Shown here: positions 7,603-15,902 of the stretch, piece after piece
Numbering within the stretch: the first letter of the stretch is position 1
Layout: each line of letters opens with the position of its first letter
Origin: an uncultured Dehalococcoidaceae bacterium
GTDB taxonomy: Bacteria; Chloroflexota; Dehalococcoidia; UBA2979
Assembly (NCBI GenBank): GCA_964565075.1
Contig: CAZMCK010000002.1
Span: forward strand, 27,603 to 91,602
Reading direction: 5' to 3'
Length of the DNA: 64,000 nt
The notes under the pieces: generated by a model
Seen by the model: the letters and a program-made list of their open reading frames with translations, nothing else
What the model was told of the DNA's origin: nothing
Databases searched by the model: none
Program-made: the position numbers and the translations under genes

Positions 7603-9897
7603 GTGGTCACCACCGAGAAGCCCGAGTACCGCGTCGTCGGAACGAGGCCGCTCCGGCCGGACGGCGCCGACAAGGTGACCGGACGCGCGCAGTACGGCGT
7701 CGACGTCTCGCTGCCCGGCATGCTATACGGCCGCGTGCTGCGCAGCCCCCACGCGCACGCTCGCATTCTCAGCGTCGACACCTCGAAGGCCGAGGCGCTC
7801 GACGGCGTCCGCGCCGTCGCCACCTTCGCCGACCTGCCGATCGATGACGAGGAGACCGTCGTCGACATCGGCGAGGGCGCGGCCGAGGGGCGCTGGATGG
7901 CGCGGCTCGTCTTCGCCGACGACAAGGCGCTCTTCAAGGGCCATGCCGTGGCCGCCGTCTGCGCCACCGATCCCCACATCGCCGAGGACGCCCTCGAACT
8001 GATCGAGGTCGAGTACGAGCCACTGCCGGTCGTCCTCGATGCGCGCGAGTCCATGGACGAGAACGCGCCGCTGCTGCACCCCGACCTGCTCACCGAGGAA
8101 GTCGCGGGCTTCGGCGTCGGCGACGTCTCCACGGCGCGGCCGTCGAACATCGGCAAGCACTGCGAGTTCGCAATCGGTGACGTGGACGCCGGGTTCGAGG
8201 AGGCCGAGATCATCCTCGAGCGCGAGTTCGAGACCTCGGCGTACCACCAGGGCTACATCGAGGCGCAGAACGGCGCGGCGATGTGGAACCCGGACGGCGA
8301 GCTGACCGTGTGGGTGAGCAGCCAGGGCCCGTTCGTGGTCCGCGCGCAGCTGGCGCAGCTGCTCGACATGCCGCTCAGCAAGGTGAAGGTCGTGCCGATG
8401 GAGATCGGCGGCGGCTTCGGCGGCAAGATCCCCGTCTACATGGAGCCGATGGCCGCGATCATGTCGAAGAAGACCGGTCGCCCGGTCAAGATGTACATGA
8501 CGCGGCAGGAGGTCCTCGAGTCCACCGGCCCCACGCCGGGCTCGTGGGTGCGGGCGAAGATCGGCGCGAAGCGCGACGGCACGCTCGTCGCCGCCGACGT
8601 GGCGCTGGCGTTCGAGTCGGGCGGGTTCCCGGGCTCGGCGTTCGTGGCCGGTGCGCGCTGTGCACTCGGGCCGTACGACATCCCGAACATGCACGTCGAG
8701 GGCTGGGACGTCGTCGTCAACAAGCCGAAGGTCGCCGCGTACCGCGCGCCCGGCGCCCCGCAGACGGAATTCGCCGTCGAGTCGCTGATGGACGAGCTCG
8801 CCGAGGTGCTTGAGCGCGACCCGATGGAGCTGCGCTACCAGAACGCCGCCGGCCAGGGCACGCGTCTCGTGGACGGCACGGCGCTCGGCGTGGTCGGCAA
8901 CACGCAGGTCATGGACGCGATCACGCAGAGCGACCACTACCGCTCCGAGCTGCAGGGCGAGAACCGCGGCCGCGGCGTCGCGATGGGCTTCTGGGGCAAC
9001 GGCGGCATGGAGACGAGCGCGCTCGCGAACGTCAACGCCGACGGCACCGTGAGCCTCGTCGTCGGCACCGTCGACATCGGCGGCCTGCGTGCGACGCACG
9101 CGATGCAGCTCGCCGAGACGCTCGGCCTCTCATACGAGGAGGTGCACCCGAAGGTCGTCGACACAGACAGCGTCGGGATGACCTCGGTGACAGGCGGGAG
9201 CCGCAGCACGTTCGCCGGCGGCTGGGCGATGCACGAGGTCGGCATGGACCTCCGCCGCCAGCTCGAGGCGCGCGCCGCGCAGATCTGGGAGGTCGACGCC
9301 GACGACGTGACGTACGGCGACGACGCCGTCATCCGCGGCCCCGCCGATGGCGACGAAGCGCGCAGCATGACGTTCGGTGAGCTGGCCGGCCAGCTCGCGA
9401 TGACCGGCGGGATGATCCAGGGCAGCGCCTCGGTGCGGCCGGAGACCGTCGGGCCGACCTTCGCGGGCCACATCGTGGACGTCGAGGTGGACCCGGAGAC
9501 CGGCAAGGTCGACGTGCTCCGCTACACGGCCGTGCAGGACGTGGGTACCGCCATCCACCCCTCGTACGTCGAGGGGCAGATCCAGGGCGGCGCGCTACAG
9601 GGTGTGGGCATGGCGCTGACCGAGGAGTACTTCTACGACGACGACGGCGTGATGCGGAACTCGAGCCTGCTCGACTACCGCATGCCGACGGCGCTCGACA
9701 CGCCGATGATCGACGCGGTGCTCGTCGAGGTGCCGAACCCCGGCCACCCCTACGGGGTGCGAGGGGTCGGCGAGGTGCCGATCGTGCCGCCGCTGGCGGC
9801 CGTCGCCAACGCGATCCACGATGCGGTGGGCGTGCGCATGGCGAAGCTGCCGGCCACGCCGCGCGCAATCCTCGAGGAGTTGGAGCCGGACGCCTAG
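7603..9897 (+). CDS. molybdenum hydroxylase large subunit, paralog 2 (tandem duplicate)
   Basis: Internal GTG of ORF 7495..9897, preceded by GGAGG, giving MVTTEKPEYRVVGTRP.. in parallel with paralog 1 (MVTTDKPEYKVVGTRP..). 764 aa, same AYRAPGAP loop. Near-identical C-terminal blocks (AGHIVDVEVDPETGKVDVLRYTAVQDVGTA). Confidence 0.9.
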   Translation: MVTTEKPEYRVVGTRPLRPDGADKVTGRAQYGVDVSLPGMLYGRVLRSPHAHARILSVDTSKAEALDGVRAVATFADLPIDDEETVVDIGEGAAEGRWMARLVFADDKALFKGHAVAAVCATDPHIAEDALELIEVEYEPLPVVLDARESMDENAPLLHPDLLTEEVAGFGVGDVSTARPSNIGKHCEFAIGDVDAGFEEAEIILEREFETSAYHQGYIEAQNGAAMWNPDGELTVWVSSQGPFVVRAQLAQLLDMPLSKVKVVPMEIGGGFGGKIPVYMEPMAAIMSKKTGRPVKMYMTRQEVLESTGPTPGSWVRAKIGAKRDGTLVAADVALAFESGGFPGSAFVAGARCALGPYDIPNMHVEGWDVVVNKPKVAAYRAPGAPQTEFAVESLMDELAEVLERDPMELRYQNAAGQGTRLVDGTALGVVGNTQVMDAITQSDHYRSELQGENRGRGVAMGFWGNGGMETSALANVNADGTVSLVVGTVDIGGLRATHAMQLAETLGLSYEEVHPKVVDTDSVGMTSVTGGSRSTFAGGWAMHEVGMDLRRQLEARAAQIWEVDADDVTYGDDAVIRGPADGDEARSMTFGELAGQLAMTGGMIQGSASVRPETVGPTFAGHIVDVEVDPETGKVDVLRYTAVQDVGTAIHPSYVEGQIQGGALQGVGMALTEEYFYDDDGVMRNSSLLDYRMPTALDTPMIDAVLVEVPNPGHPYGVRGVGEVPIVPPLAAVANAIHDAVGVRMAKLPATPRAILEELEPDA

Positions 9898-9927
9898 CGT
9901 CCGCGAACCTGGGCCGGGAGGCAGGAG

Positions 9928-10191
9928 ATGGCGAAAGTCTTCGTACCCGCGCTGATGCGCAAGCTGTCCAACGAGGAGCCGGTGGTCGACATACCCGGGA
10001 ACACGCTGCGCGAGGTGGTCAACAACCTCGACGATGCGTACCCGGGCATGAAGGACCTGATCATCGAGAACGGCCGCGTGCGGCCAGGCCTCGCGCTCGC
10101 CGTCGACGGTGTCATGTCGGCGACGGGGCTGATGGCGAAGGTGCCCGAGGACGGCGAGGTGCACATCCTGCCCGCCATCGGGGGCGGGTAG
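9928..10191 (+). CDS. MoaD/ThiS/CysO-family sulfur-carrier protein (C-terminal GG)
   Basis: 87 aa ending ...ILPAIGGG. Overall resemblance to CysO/MoaD beta-grasp carriers. GGGAGG ribosome-binding site. Confidence 0.7.
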   Translation: MAKVFVPALMRKLSNEEPVVDIPGNTLREVVNNLDDAYPGMKDLIIENGRVRPGLALAVDGVMSATGLMAKVPEDGEVHILPAIGGG

Positions 10192-10443
10192 ACCGCCGCT
10201 CCCCCGACAACCCGAGGGGCCTCGATCCGGGCCTGTGACGCTGATCGGTGCGCCTCCCAGTGACGCCGCCGGGTCGTGAGCGCGACTCGCGGTCGTGTTA
10301 TGTGCCCCTCGTAGCGCACCGCTCATGGCGTGGGCCGTTCTGCTAGACTGCGCCGCGACAGGAGCCGCTCCGCGGGCAGGTGCCCCGCGTTGCGGGGAAT
10401 CGCGGGCGGCTACCCGCACGAGGCACGACGCAGGAGGTGCAGA

Positions 10444-11301
10444 TTGACGCAAGACAGATACGGCGGAAACGTCGACGCCCCGATCGAGCGGACCCCGCTG
10501 CCGGACTGGCCGTACGAGGAACTCCTCTACGAGACCATCGACGACGGGCGCATCGCGCTGATCACCATGAACCGCCCGGAGCGCATGAACTCCAGCGACC
10601 CCGAGATGGGGCAGCGCTGGTACGACGCCTGGACGACGTTCGCCAACGACGACGAGCAGTGGGTCGCGATTGTCACCGGCGCCGGTGACCGTGCCTTCTC
10701 GGCCGGCCAGGACCTCAAGATCCGCGCCGAGCTGGAGCAGGAGGGCGGCGACGCCCCGTACCAGCGGCGGGCCCCGAACGTCACGCCCATCGGCGAGAAG
10801 CTCGGCTGCTGGAAGCCGACCATCGCGGCCATCAACGGCTTCGCGATCGCCGGTGGCTGGGCGACGGCGCAGAACTGCACGTTCCGCATCGCCGAAGAGC
10901 ACGCGCAGATGAACATCGCCGAGGCGCGGTGGAACCAGGGCGCGGGCTTCGTGGCGTGGCTGCCGCGGCTCATGCACACGGCGCACGCCCTTGAGGTCTG
11001 CATCATGGGCGACCGGCGCGTCAGCGCGCAGCGCGCCTACGAGATGGGCTTCGTCAACAAGGTGGTGCCGAAGGGCCAGTCGGTCGAGGAGGCCGTGGAC
11101 TGGGCGCGCACCATCACGCGGATGGCTCCGCGCGCGGTGCAGAACTTCCACCAGCTGATCTACCAGTGCTGGAACCAGAGCATCCCGGAGTCCCAGCAGA
11201 CTGCGGCGGCGCTCGAGTTCAACCTCCGCGGCATGGAGGACTCGCTCGAGGGCCCGCTGGCCTTCGCCGAGAAGCGGCCGGCGGTCTTCAAGAACCGCTA
11301 G
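10444..11301 (+). CDS. enoyl-CoA hydratase/isomerase family protein (crotonase paralog 1)
   Basis: TTG at 10444, 7 nt after AGGAGG, within ORF 10330..11301. Crotonase motifs ITMNRPERMN, TGAGDRAFSAGQDL and INGFAIAGG. The C-terminus ...EGPLAFAEKR is shared with the other three paralogs. Confidence 0.85.
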   Translation: MTQDRYGGNVDAPIERTPLPDWPYEELLYETIDDGRIALITMNRPERMNSSDPEMGQRWYDAWTTFANDDEQWVAIVTGAGDRAFSAGQDLKIRAELEQEGGDAPYQRRAPNVTPIGEKLGCWKPTIAAINGFAIAGGWATAQNCTFRIAEEHAQMNIAEARWNQGAGFVAWLPRLMHTAHALEVCIMGDRRVSAQRAYEMGFVNKVVPKGQSVEEAVDWARTITRMAPRAVQNFHQLIYQCWNQSIPESQQTAAALEFNLRGMEDSLEGPLAFAEKRPAVFKNR

Positions 11302-11320
11302 TCCGCAGCAAGTGAACAAA

Positions 11321-11350
11321 CATAAGGGCGGCCCTTGGGCCGCCCTTATG
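11321..11350. terminator. perfect 14-bp-stem hairpin between convergent genes (bidirectional terminator candidate)
   Basis: CATAAGGGCGGCCC-TT-GGGCCGCCCTTATG, located 20 nt after the crotonase stop and 40 nt after the stop of the opposing gene. Confidence 0.6.
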
Positions 11351-11391
11351 GTGTGCCGGGGTCGGCGGGAGCGGGTTACCTACATAACAGG

Positions 11392-12006
11392 CTAGTCGCC
11401 GAGGATGGTGTCGTAGCCGAGCGAGCGGATCTCCTCGACGTACTCGGCGCGCCACCCGGCGGCGGGGATGCGGCGGCGCAGGCTGCGGAACTCGGCGTGG
11501 TAGCGGAGGTACTCCTCCTCCAGGCGCCGACGCCACGCCGCCTCCTCGCGGGCCGCGTCCGGCGCGACCTCCTCGAAGGGGAGCTCGAACTGGTCCTCGG
11601 TGAGGTCGTACTCGTCACGCCAGTACTCGGCGAGGTAGTCGAGCGAGTCTTCCAGGTCGCGCCGGCAGTCCAGCATGTAGGTCTCGAGGAGTTGCCCGGC
11701 GTCGGCGAGGGTGCCGCGCAGGCGCTCGCTGCGCGCGCAGTCAACGCAGAGCGTGGTGAGCTTGCGCGCCTCGCAGGCGTCACCGCGCGGGCAGTTCTGG
11801 TGGCGGGGGGCAAACGGGGAGAGCGACGGCTTTCGCGAGTACCCGACGACGAGTGCATCGCAGTCGGCCTCACAGCGCGGGCAGGTGAGGCGACGCGCGA
11901 AGATCTGGTTGATCGCGTTCTCCCAGTCGATCTGCACGCCGCACGCTCCGATCAGTGGATGCTGCTCCGGCCGAGCGACGTTCCGTGGGTGGCCGCGAGC
12001 CGTCAA
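11392..12006 (-). CDS. hypothetical Cys-rich protein (putative zinc-binding)
   Basis: 204-aa ORF. Cysteine clusters CPRCEADC, CPRGDAC and CVDCARSE, followed by an acidic C-terminal half. The start codon is uncertain. Confidence 0.45.
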   Translation of the reverse strand: MTARGHPRNVARPEQHPLIGACGVQIDWENAINQIFARRLTCPRCEADCDALVVGYSRKPSLSPFAPRHQNCPRGDACEARKLTTLCVDCARSERLRGTLADAGQLLETYMLDCRRDLEDSLDYLAEYWRDEYDLTEDQFELPFEEVAPDAAREEAAWRRRLEEEYLRYHAEFRSLRRRIPAAGWRAEYVEEIRSLGYDTILGD

Positions 12007-12061
12007 TCGATGGTACGCGGGGCGCGAGAACTGTCAACGCGAGCGGGAGCGCTCTGGTGGG

Positions 12062-12592
12062 CTACGCCCGGACCGCCTCGATCCACCCCGGAGCCAGGTC
12101 GCGGCTGTAGCGGCCGCTCTGCCCCGGCATCTCCTCGATCTCCACCTCGATGCGCGTGAGGTTGCCGTGCTCACCCGCCGCCAGCGAGGCGAGCACGCGC
12201 CCGGCGACCCACTCCGCGAGCAGCTCTGCCGTGCTGTTCTCGATGGGCAGTGCGACGACGTCGCTCGCCGGGAAGCGGTAATCGCGGTCGCCGAAGCCGA
12301 CCGTCCAGCCGGCAGCGTCCTCGGTGATGTCGAGGAGGCGCGAGTCATGCTGGAGCAGGAAACGGTGGTCCAGCTCCTCGCACGCCTCGCGGACGGCGCG
12401 CTTGAGCACGCTGAAGTCGATGACCCACCGGTCGTCGGTGAGGGCGCCGTCGACACGGCAGCTTGCGATGTAGTTGTGCCCGTGGAGCGGCTCGAGGTCG
12501 TCGCCGAGCGTCGCCATGTGCGCTGCGGCGAAGCGCAGCCGGACGCCCTGGACGGTGACGGAGCGGGAGACGTCGAGGATGTCGTCAGTCAT
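12062..12592 (-). CDS. 6-pyruvoyl-tetrahydropterin synthase / QueD-family protein
   Basis: Internal ATG (MTDDILDV..) of ORF 12062..12850. PTPS motifs FAAAHM and LHGHNY plus a conserved Cys. GAGGA ribosome-binding site. Confidence 0.7.
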   Translation of the reverse strand: MTDDILDVSRSVTVQGVRLRFAAAHMATLGDDLEPLHGHNYIASCRVDGALTDDRWVIDFSVLKRAVREACEELDHRFLLQHDSRLLDITEDAAGWTVGFGDRDYRFPASDVVALPIENSTAELLAEWVAGRVLASLAAGEHGNLTRIEVEIEEMPGQSGRYSRDLAPGWIEAVRA

Positions 12593-12633
12593 GCGGTCCT
12601 CGGTTGCTGTGTCCAGCCCGGCGCTACATAACA

Positions 12634-12659
12634 GAATGGCAGCCGTTCGGCTGCCATTC
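12634..12659. terminator. perfect 12-bp-stem hairpin downstream of the ferredoxin-oxidoreductase operon
   Basis: GAATGGCAGCCG-TT-CGGCTGCCATTC, immediately adjacent to the CTACATAACAG repeat. Confidence 0.55.
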
Positions 12660-12716
12660 CAGTTGTGCGCTGCGAGGTGAGCGACGGGCGCGCGTGGCGC
12701 CCGCTGCTCCGCTCGT

Positions 12717-13589
12717 CTAGATCGCCAGCGTGTCGAGCATCTCCTCGACGGTGCGCTGCTTCGCCTTGGTGCGCTCGCGCGCTTCGGCGAGGCGCTCATG
12801 CATCGGCGTGCTCTCGCGTGCGCGGTAGAGCAGGCCGATGGGGATGCCACCTTGCTGCGCGATGTCGAGCGCGCTGGCGAGGTTCGACGGGTCGTGGCTC
12901 TCCGGGATGTCCCACGCGCCGGGGTCGATGCCCTTCGCCGGGTTGCCCTTCAGCGCCTCGTACGTGTCGTTGTACGTGGTGCAGGGCGACTGGACGTGGA
13001 CCATCGAGAATCCCGGGTAGTCCATGGCGTCGCTGATGTGCTGCGCCAGGACGCGCGGCTGCGTCGAGATGGCCGAGACGACGTAGCCGACGCCGTAGGA
13101 GAGGTACAGCAGCAGCGGGTTGATCTGGTCGTCCAGCTTCCCGTACGGGGTCGTCGGGGTGACCATCCCGAACTCGGTGGTCGGCGAGGCCTGGCCCTTG
13201 GTGAGGCCGTACACGCCGTTGTCCATGATGATGCAGGTCACATCCAGGTTGCGCTTCGCGGCCGGGGCGATGTGCTCGCCGCCGATGCTCAGGAAGTCAC
13301 CGTCGCCGGCGACGACCACCACGTTCAGGTCGGGCCGCCCGGACTTGATGCCGAGCGCGACCGGGAGCGTGCGGCCGTGGATGCCGTGGATGCCGAAGGG
13401 CTGCGGGCCCTCCTGCAGGTGCACGAGGTTCCCGGAGCAGCCGATGCCGGCCACCATCACGGTGTCCTCGATCGGCCGGCTCTTCGTGTTCACCCAGTCG
13501 GCGAGCGCCAGCTCGATGGAGCGGACGACGGCGAAGTCGCCGCAGCCGGGGCACCACTTGAAGTCGTAGTCGGGGTTTCGCTTGGTCAT
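12717..13589 (-). CDS. 2-oxoacid:ferredoxin oxidoreductase beta subunit (TPP-binding)
   Basis: 290 aa with CPGCGDF and the TPP-binding GDGD motif. ATGA start/stop overlap with the alpha subunit gene. Confidence 0.9.
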   Translation of the reverse strand: MTKRNPDYDFKWCPGCGDFAVVRSIELALADWVNTKSRPIEDTVMVAGIGCSGNLVHLQEGPQPFGIHGIHGRTLPVALGIKSGRPDLNVVVVAGDGDFLSIGGEHIAPAAKRNLDVTCIIMDNGVYGLTKGQASPTTEFGMVTPTTPYGKLDDQINPLLLYLSYGVGYVVSAISTQPRVLAQHISDAMDYPGFSMVHVQSPCTTYNDTYEALKGNPAKGIDPGAWDIPESHDPSNLASALDIAQQGGIPIGLLYRARESTPMHERLAEARERTKAKQRTVEEMLDTLAI

Positions 13590-15292
13590 ACCGTGGCCAG
13601 CCTTTCGGCTCCGCTGCGTGCACCGACCCGCGTGACAAGGTCACTGACCTTGAACGGCAGTCCGGTGATCTGCGTGACTGATTCGGCCTTCACTCCCTGC
13701 TGCCGCAGCCAGCCGGAGAACTGGCCGAGGTAGTTGAGCTCCGGCACGATGACCAGCTCCTTCGTGCGCAACTCTTCCAGCAACGCCGATGGGAGCGGGT
13801 TCAGATACATGGTGTAGTACCAGCCGATGTCGACGCCGGCGTCTCGCAGCTGCTCGAACGCCGCGCGCGAGGTCCCCTTCGCGCCGCCCCACGGCATGAT
13901 GGCCACGGAGGCGCCGCTGTTCTCGGCCTCAAAGTCGCTCTCGTCCAGCAGTTCGAGCTTGCCGAACCGCCGGCGCGTCATCGGCAGGTGCGTGTGCGGC
14001 TGGTGCACGGTGTCGCCCTGCTCGTCGTGCTCGGAGGCGTTGGCGACGTAGGCGCCGGGGCCGCCGGGCACCGGGAACGGGCTGAGCGTCTCACCGGCGT
14101 AGCGCCGGTTGCCGTCGGCGCCTTCCGACACCACGCGGTTCTCGATGGTGAATGCGGTCGGGTCGGGGCGCACGATGTCCTGCGCCCGCTCGGCGATCTG
14201 CATCTCCGTGAGCAGGATGACCGGGCCCTGGTACCGCTCGGCCCAGTTGAGGGACATGATGCCGGCCTTGAAGCACTCCTCGACGGTGCCGGGGGCGATG
14301 ACGGGGAGCCGCATGTCGCCGTGGCCCGGGTTGAGGCACGCCAGCAGGTCCGACTGCTCGGTCTTCGTCGGCAGGCCGGTGGCCGGGCCACCGCGCTGCA
14401 CGTCGACGACCACGCAGGGGATCTCCGCCATCCACGCGAACCCGAGTCCCTCGCCCATGAGGCTGAAGCCGGGGCCGGCCGTGGAGGTCATCGCCTTCTT
14501 GCCGGCGTAGCCCGCGCCGATGATGGCGGAGATCGACTCGATCTCCGAGCTGGCCTGCACCACCGACTTGTCGTGCCCGTGGAGGTTGCCCTCCATGAAG
14601 ACGAGGATGGTGGTCGCCGGCGAGATCGGGTAGCCGACGAAGACGTCAAGGCCGGCCGCGATGGCGCCGAGCGAGAGGGCGTCGTTGCCCTTGATCACGA
14701 CGCGCGGCTGCGTCTCCTCCGGCGGGTCCTCGAGGTCCGCGACCTTGAAGCCGGTCTTGGTGACCTCGTCGAAGCCCAGCCCGAGGGCCTGGATGTTCGC
14801 GCGGATGATCTCTTCGTCGTTCGGGCGGCCGCGCGTGAAGCGGACCGTGATGAAGTCCTCGAAGTAGTCCGGCGGCATCCCGCCGAGCGCGGCGACCGCG
14901 CCGATGACGACCATGTTCGCGGCGCGGGGGTTACCCGTGGAGCGAGCGAGCTCGTCGACGGCAAGGCCGATGGCGTTGCCATTCGACTCGAGCTCGAAGT
15001 CCTCGGCGTTGTAGACCAGCACGCCGCCATCGCGGAGATCGCTGATGTGGTCCTCGTAGGCCTCACGGTTGAGGACGACGAGCACATCGAGCGCGTCTCC
15101 GTCGTGGAGGATCGGCTCTGTGGAGATCCGGGTCTGGGCCCACGTGGGGCCGCCCTTGATCTGCGAGGGATAGGTGGCATACGTCTGTACGTGGTAGCCC
15201 ACGCGCGCTGCCGCCTCGGCGAGCCCCTCGGCTGCCGTGACCTGACCCTGTCCGCCCTCGCCGGCGAACCTGACGATGAGATCCGTACTCAT
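13586..15292 (-). CDS. 2-oxoacid:ferredoxin oxidoreductase alpha subunit (fused gamma-alpha)
   Basis: 568 aa, pyruvate/ketoisovalerate/2-oxoglutarate oxidoreductase alpha family. Coupled to the beta subunit gene. Confidence 0.9.
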   Translation of the reverse strand: MSTDLIVRFAGEGGQGQVTAAEGLAEAAARVGYHVQTYATYPSQIKGGPTWAQTRISTEPILHDGDALDVLVVLNREAYEDHISDLRDGGVLVYNAEDFELESNGNAIGLAVDELARSTGNPRAANMVVIGAVAALGGMPPDYFEDFITVRFTRGRPNDEEIIRANIQALGLGFDEVTKTGFKVADLEDPPEETQPRVVIKGNDALSLGAIAAGLDVFVGYPISPATTILVFMEGNLHGHDKSVVQASSEIESISAIIGAGYAGKKAMTSTAGPGFSLMGEGLGFAWMAEIPCVVVDVQRGGPATGLPTKTEQSDLLACLNPGHGDMRLPVIAPGTVEECFKAGIMSLNWAERYQGPVILLTEMQIAERAQDIVRPDPTAFTIENRVVSEGADGNRRYAGETLSPFPVPGGPGAYVANASEHDEQGDTVHQPHTHLPMTRRRFGKLELLDESDFEAENSGASVAIMPWGGAKGTSRAAFEQLRDAGVDIGWYYTMYLNPLPSALLEELRTKELVIVPELNYLGQFSGWLRQQGVKAESVTQITGLPFKVSDLVTRVGARSGAERLATV

Positions 15293-15641
15293 CTAACCGA
15301 CCTCGTCACGCGGTGATCCTGTTGCTGGGTGAACCCGATGGACACGGGGAGGCCCGGACGACCGGAAGAGCCGCCTGACGAGCCTGCGCGAGCATGTGCG
15401 GTGCCGCGGGCCTGCTGGCTCGGAGACCGTGATGCTCGTCGCTGTCTCATCCGGCGTGTCCGGTTGCGCTGAGCGTTCCCCGATGCAAGCACGCAAGCGT
15501 GCTCAAGAAGGGAGTATCCGCCTCGCACGCGGGTACGTTCAACCGTCCCCATGGTTATCCAAACCTGCGGCCATGGTATCGCGTGGAAGCCGCCCCGCGT
15601 ACCGTGTCGGGAAACCCCCCGCACGGCCCCCGGAGCGTGGT

Positions 15642-15902
15642 GTGGTCAAGACCTACGTGCTGATCGTGACCGACCCCGGCCGCACGCGTCGCGTCACCGC
15701 CGCACTGGCCGACGTACCGCACGTCGAGGCCGTCAACGAGGTGATGGGCCCGTACGACATCGTCGTCGAAATCGTGACCGAGAGCCTCACCGACATCCCC
15801 CCGATCCTCTCCGACCACATCCGCGTCCTCGAAGGCATCGAGTCGACCACGTCGCTCGTCGCGTTCCCCCAGCAGGCCCCGCCAGGCGAGGCGTCGTCGT
15901 AG
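15642..15902 (+). CDS. stand-alone Lrp/AsnC-type ligand-binding (RAM) domain protein
   Basis: GTG 6 nt after GGAG, within ORF 15396..15902. Product VKTYVLIVTDPG...VEAVNEVMGPYDIVVEIV... The upstream part of the ORF is Arg-rich junk. Confidence 0.5.
   Translation: MVKTYVLIVTDPGRTRRVTAALADVPHVEAVNEVMGPYDIVVEIVTESLTDIPPILSDHIRVLEGIESTTSLVAFPQQAPPGEASS

Noticed and set aside
5063-9099. 803-aa and 458-aa minus-strand ORFs across the large-subunit genes
   Set aside because: Antisense or alternate-frame artefacts of GC3-rich coding sequence. The plus-strand products have clear family signatures.
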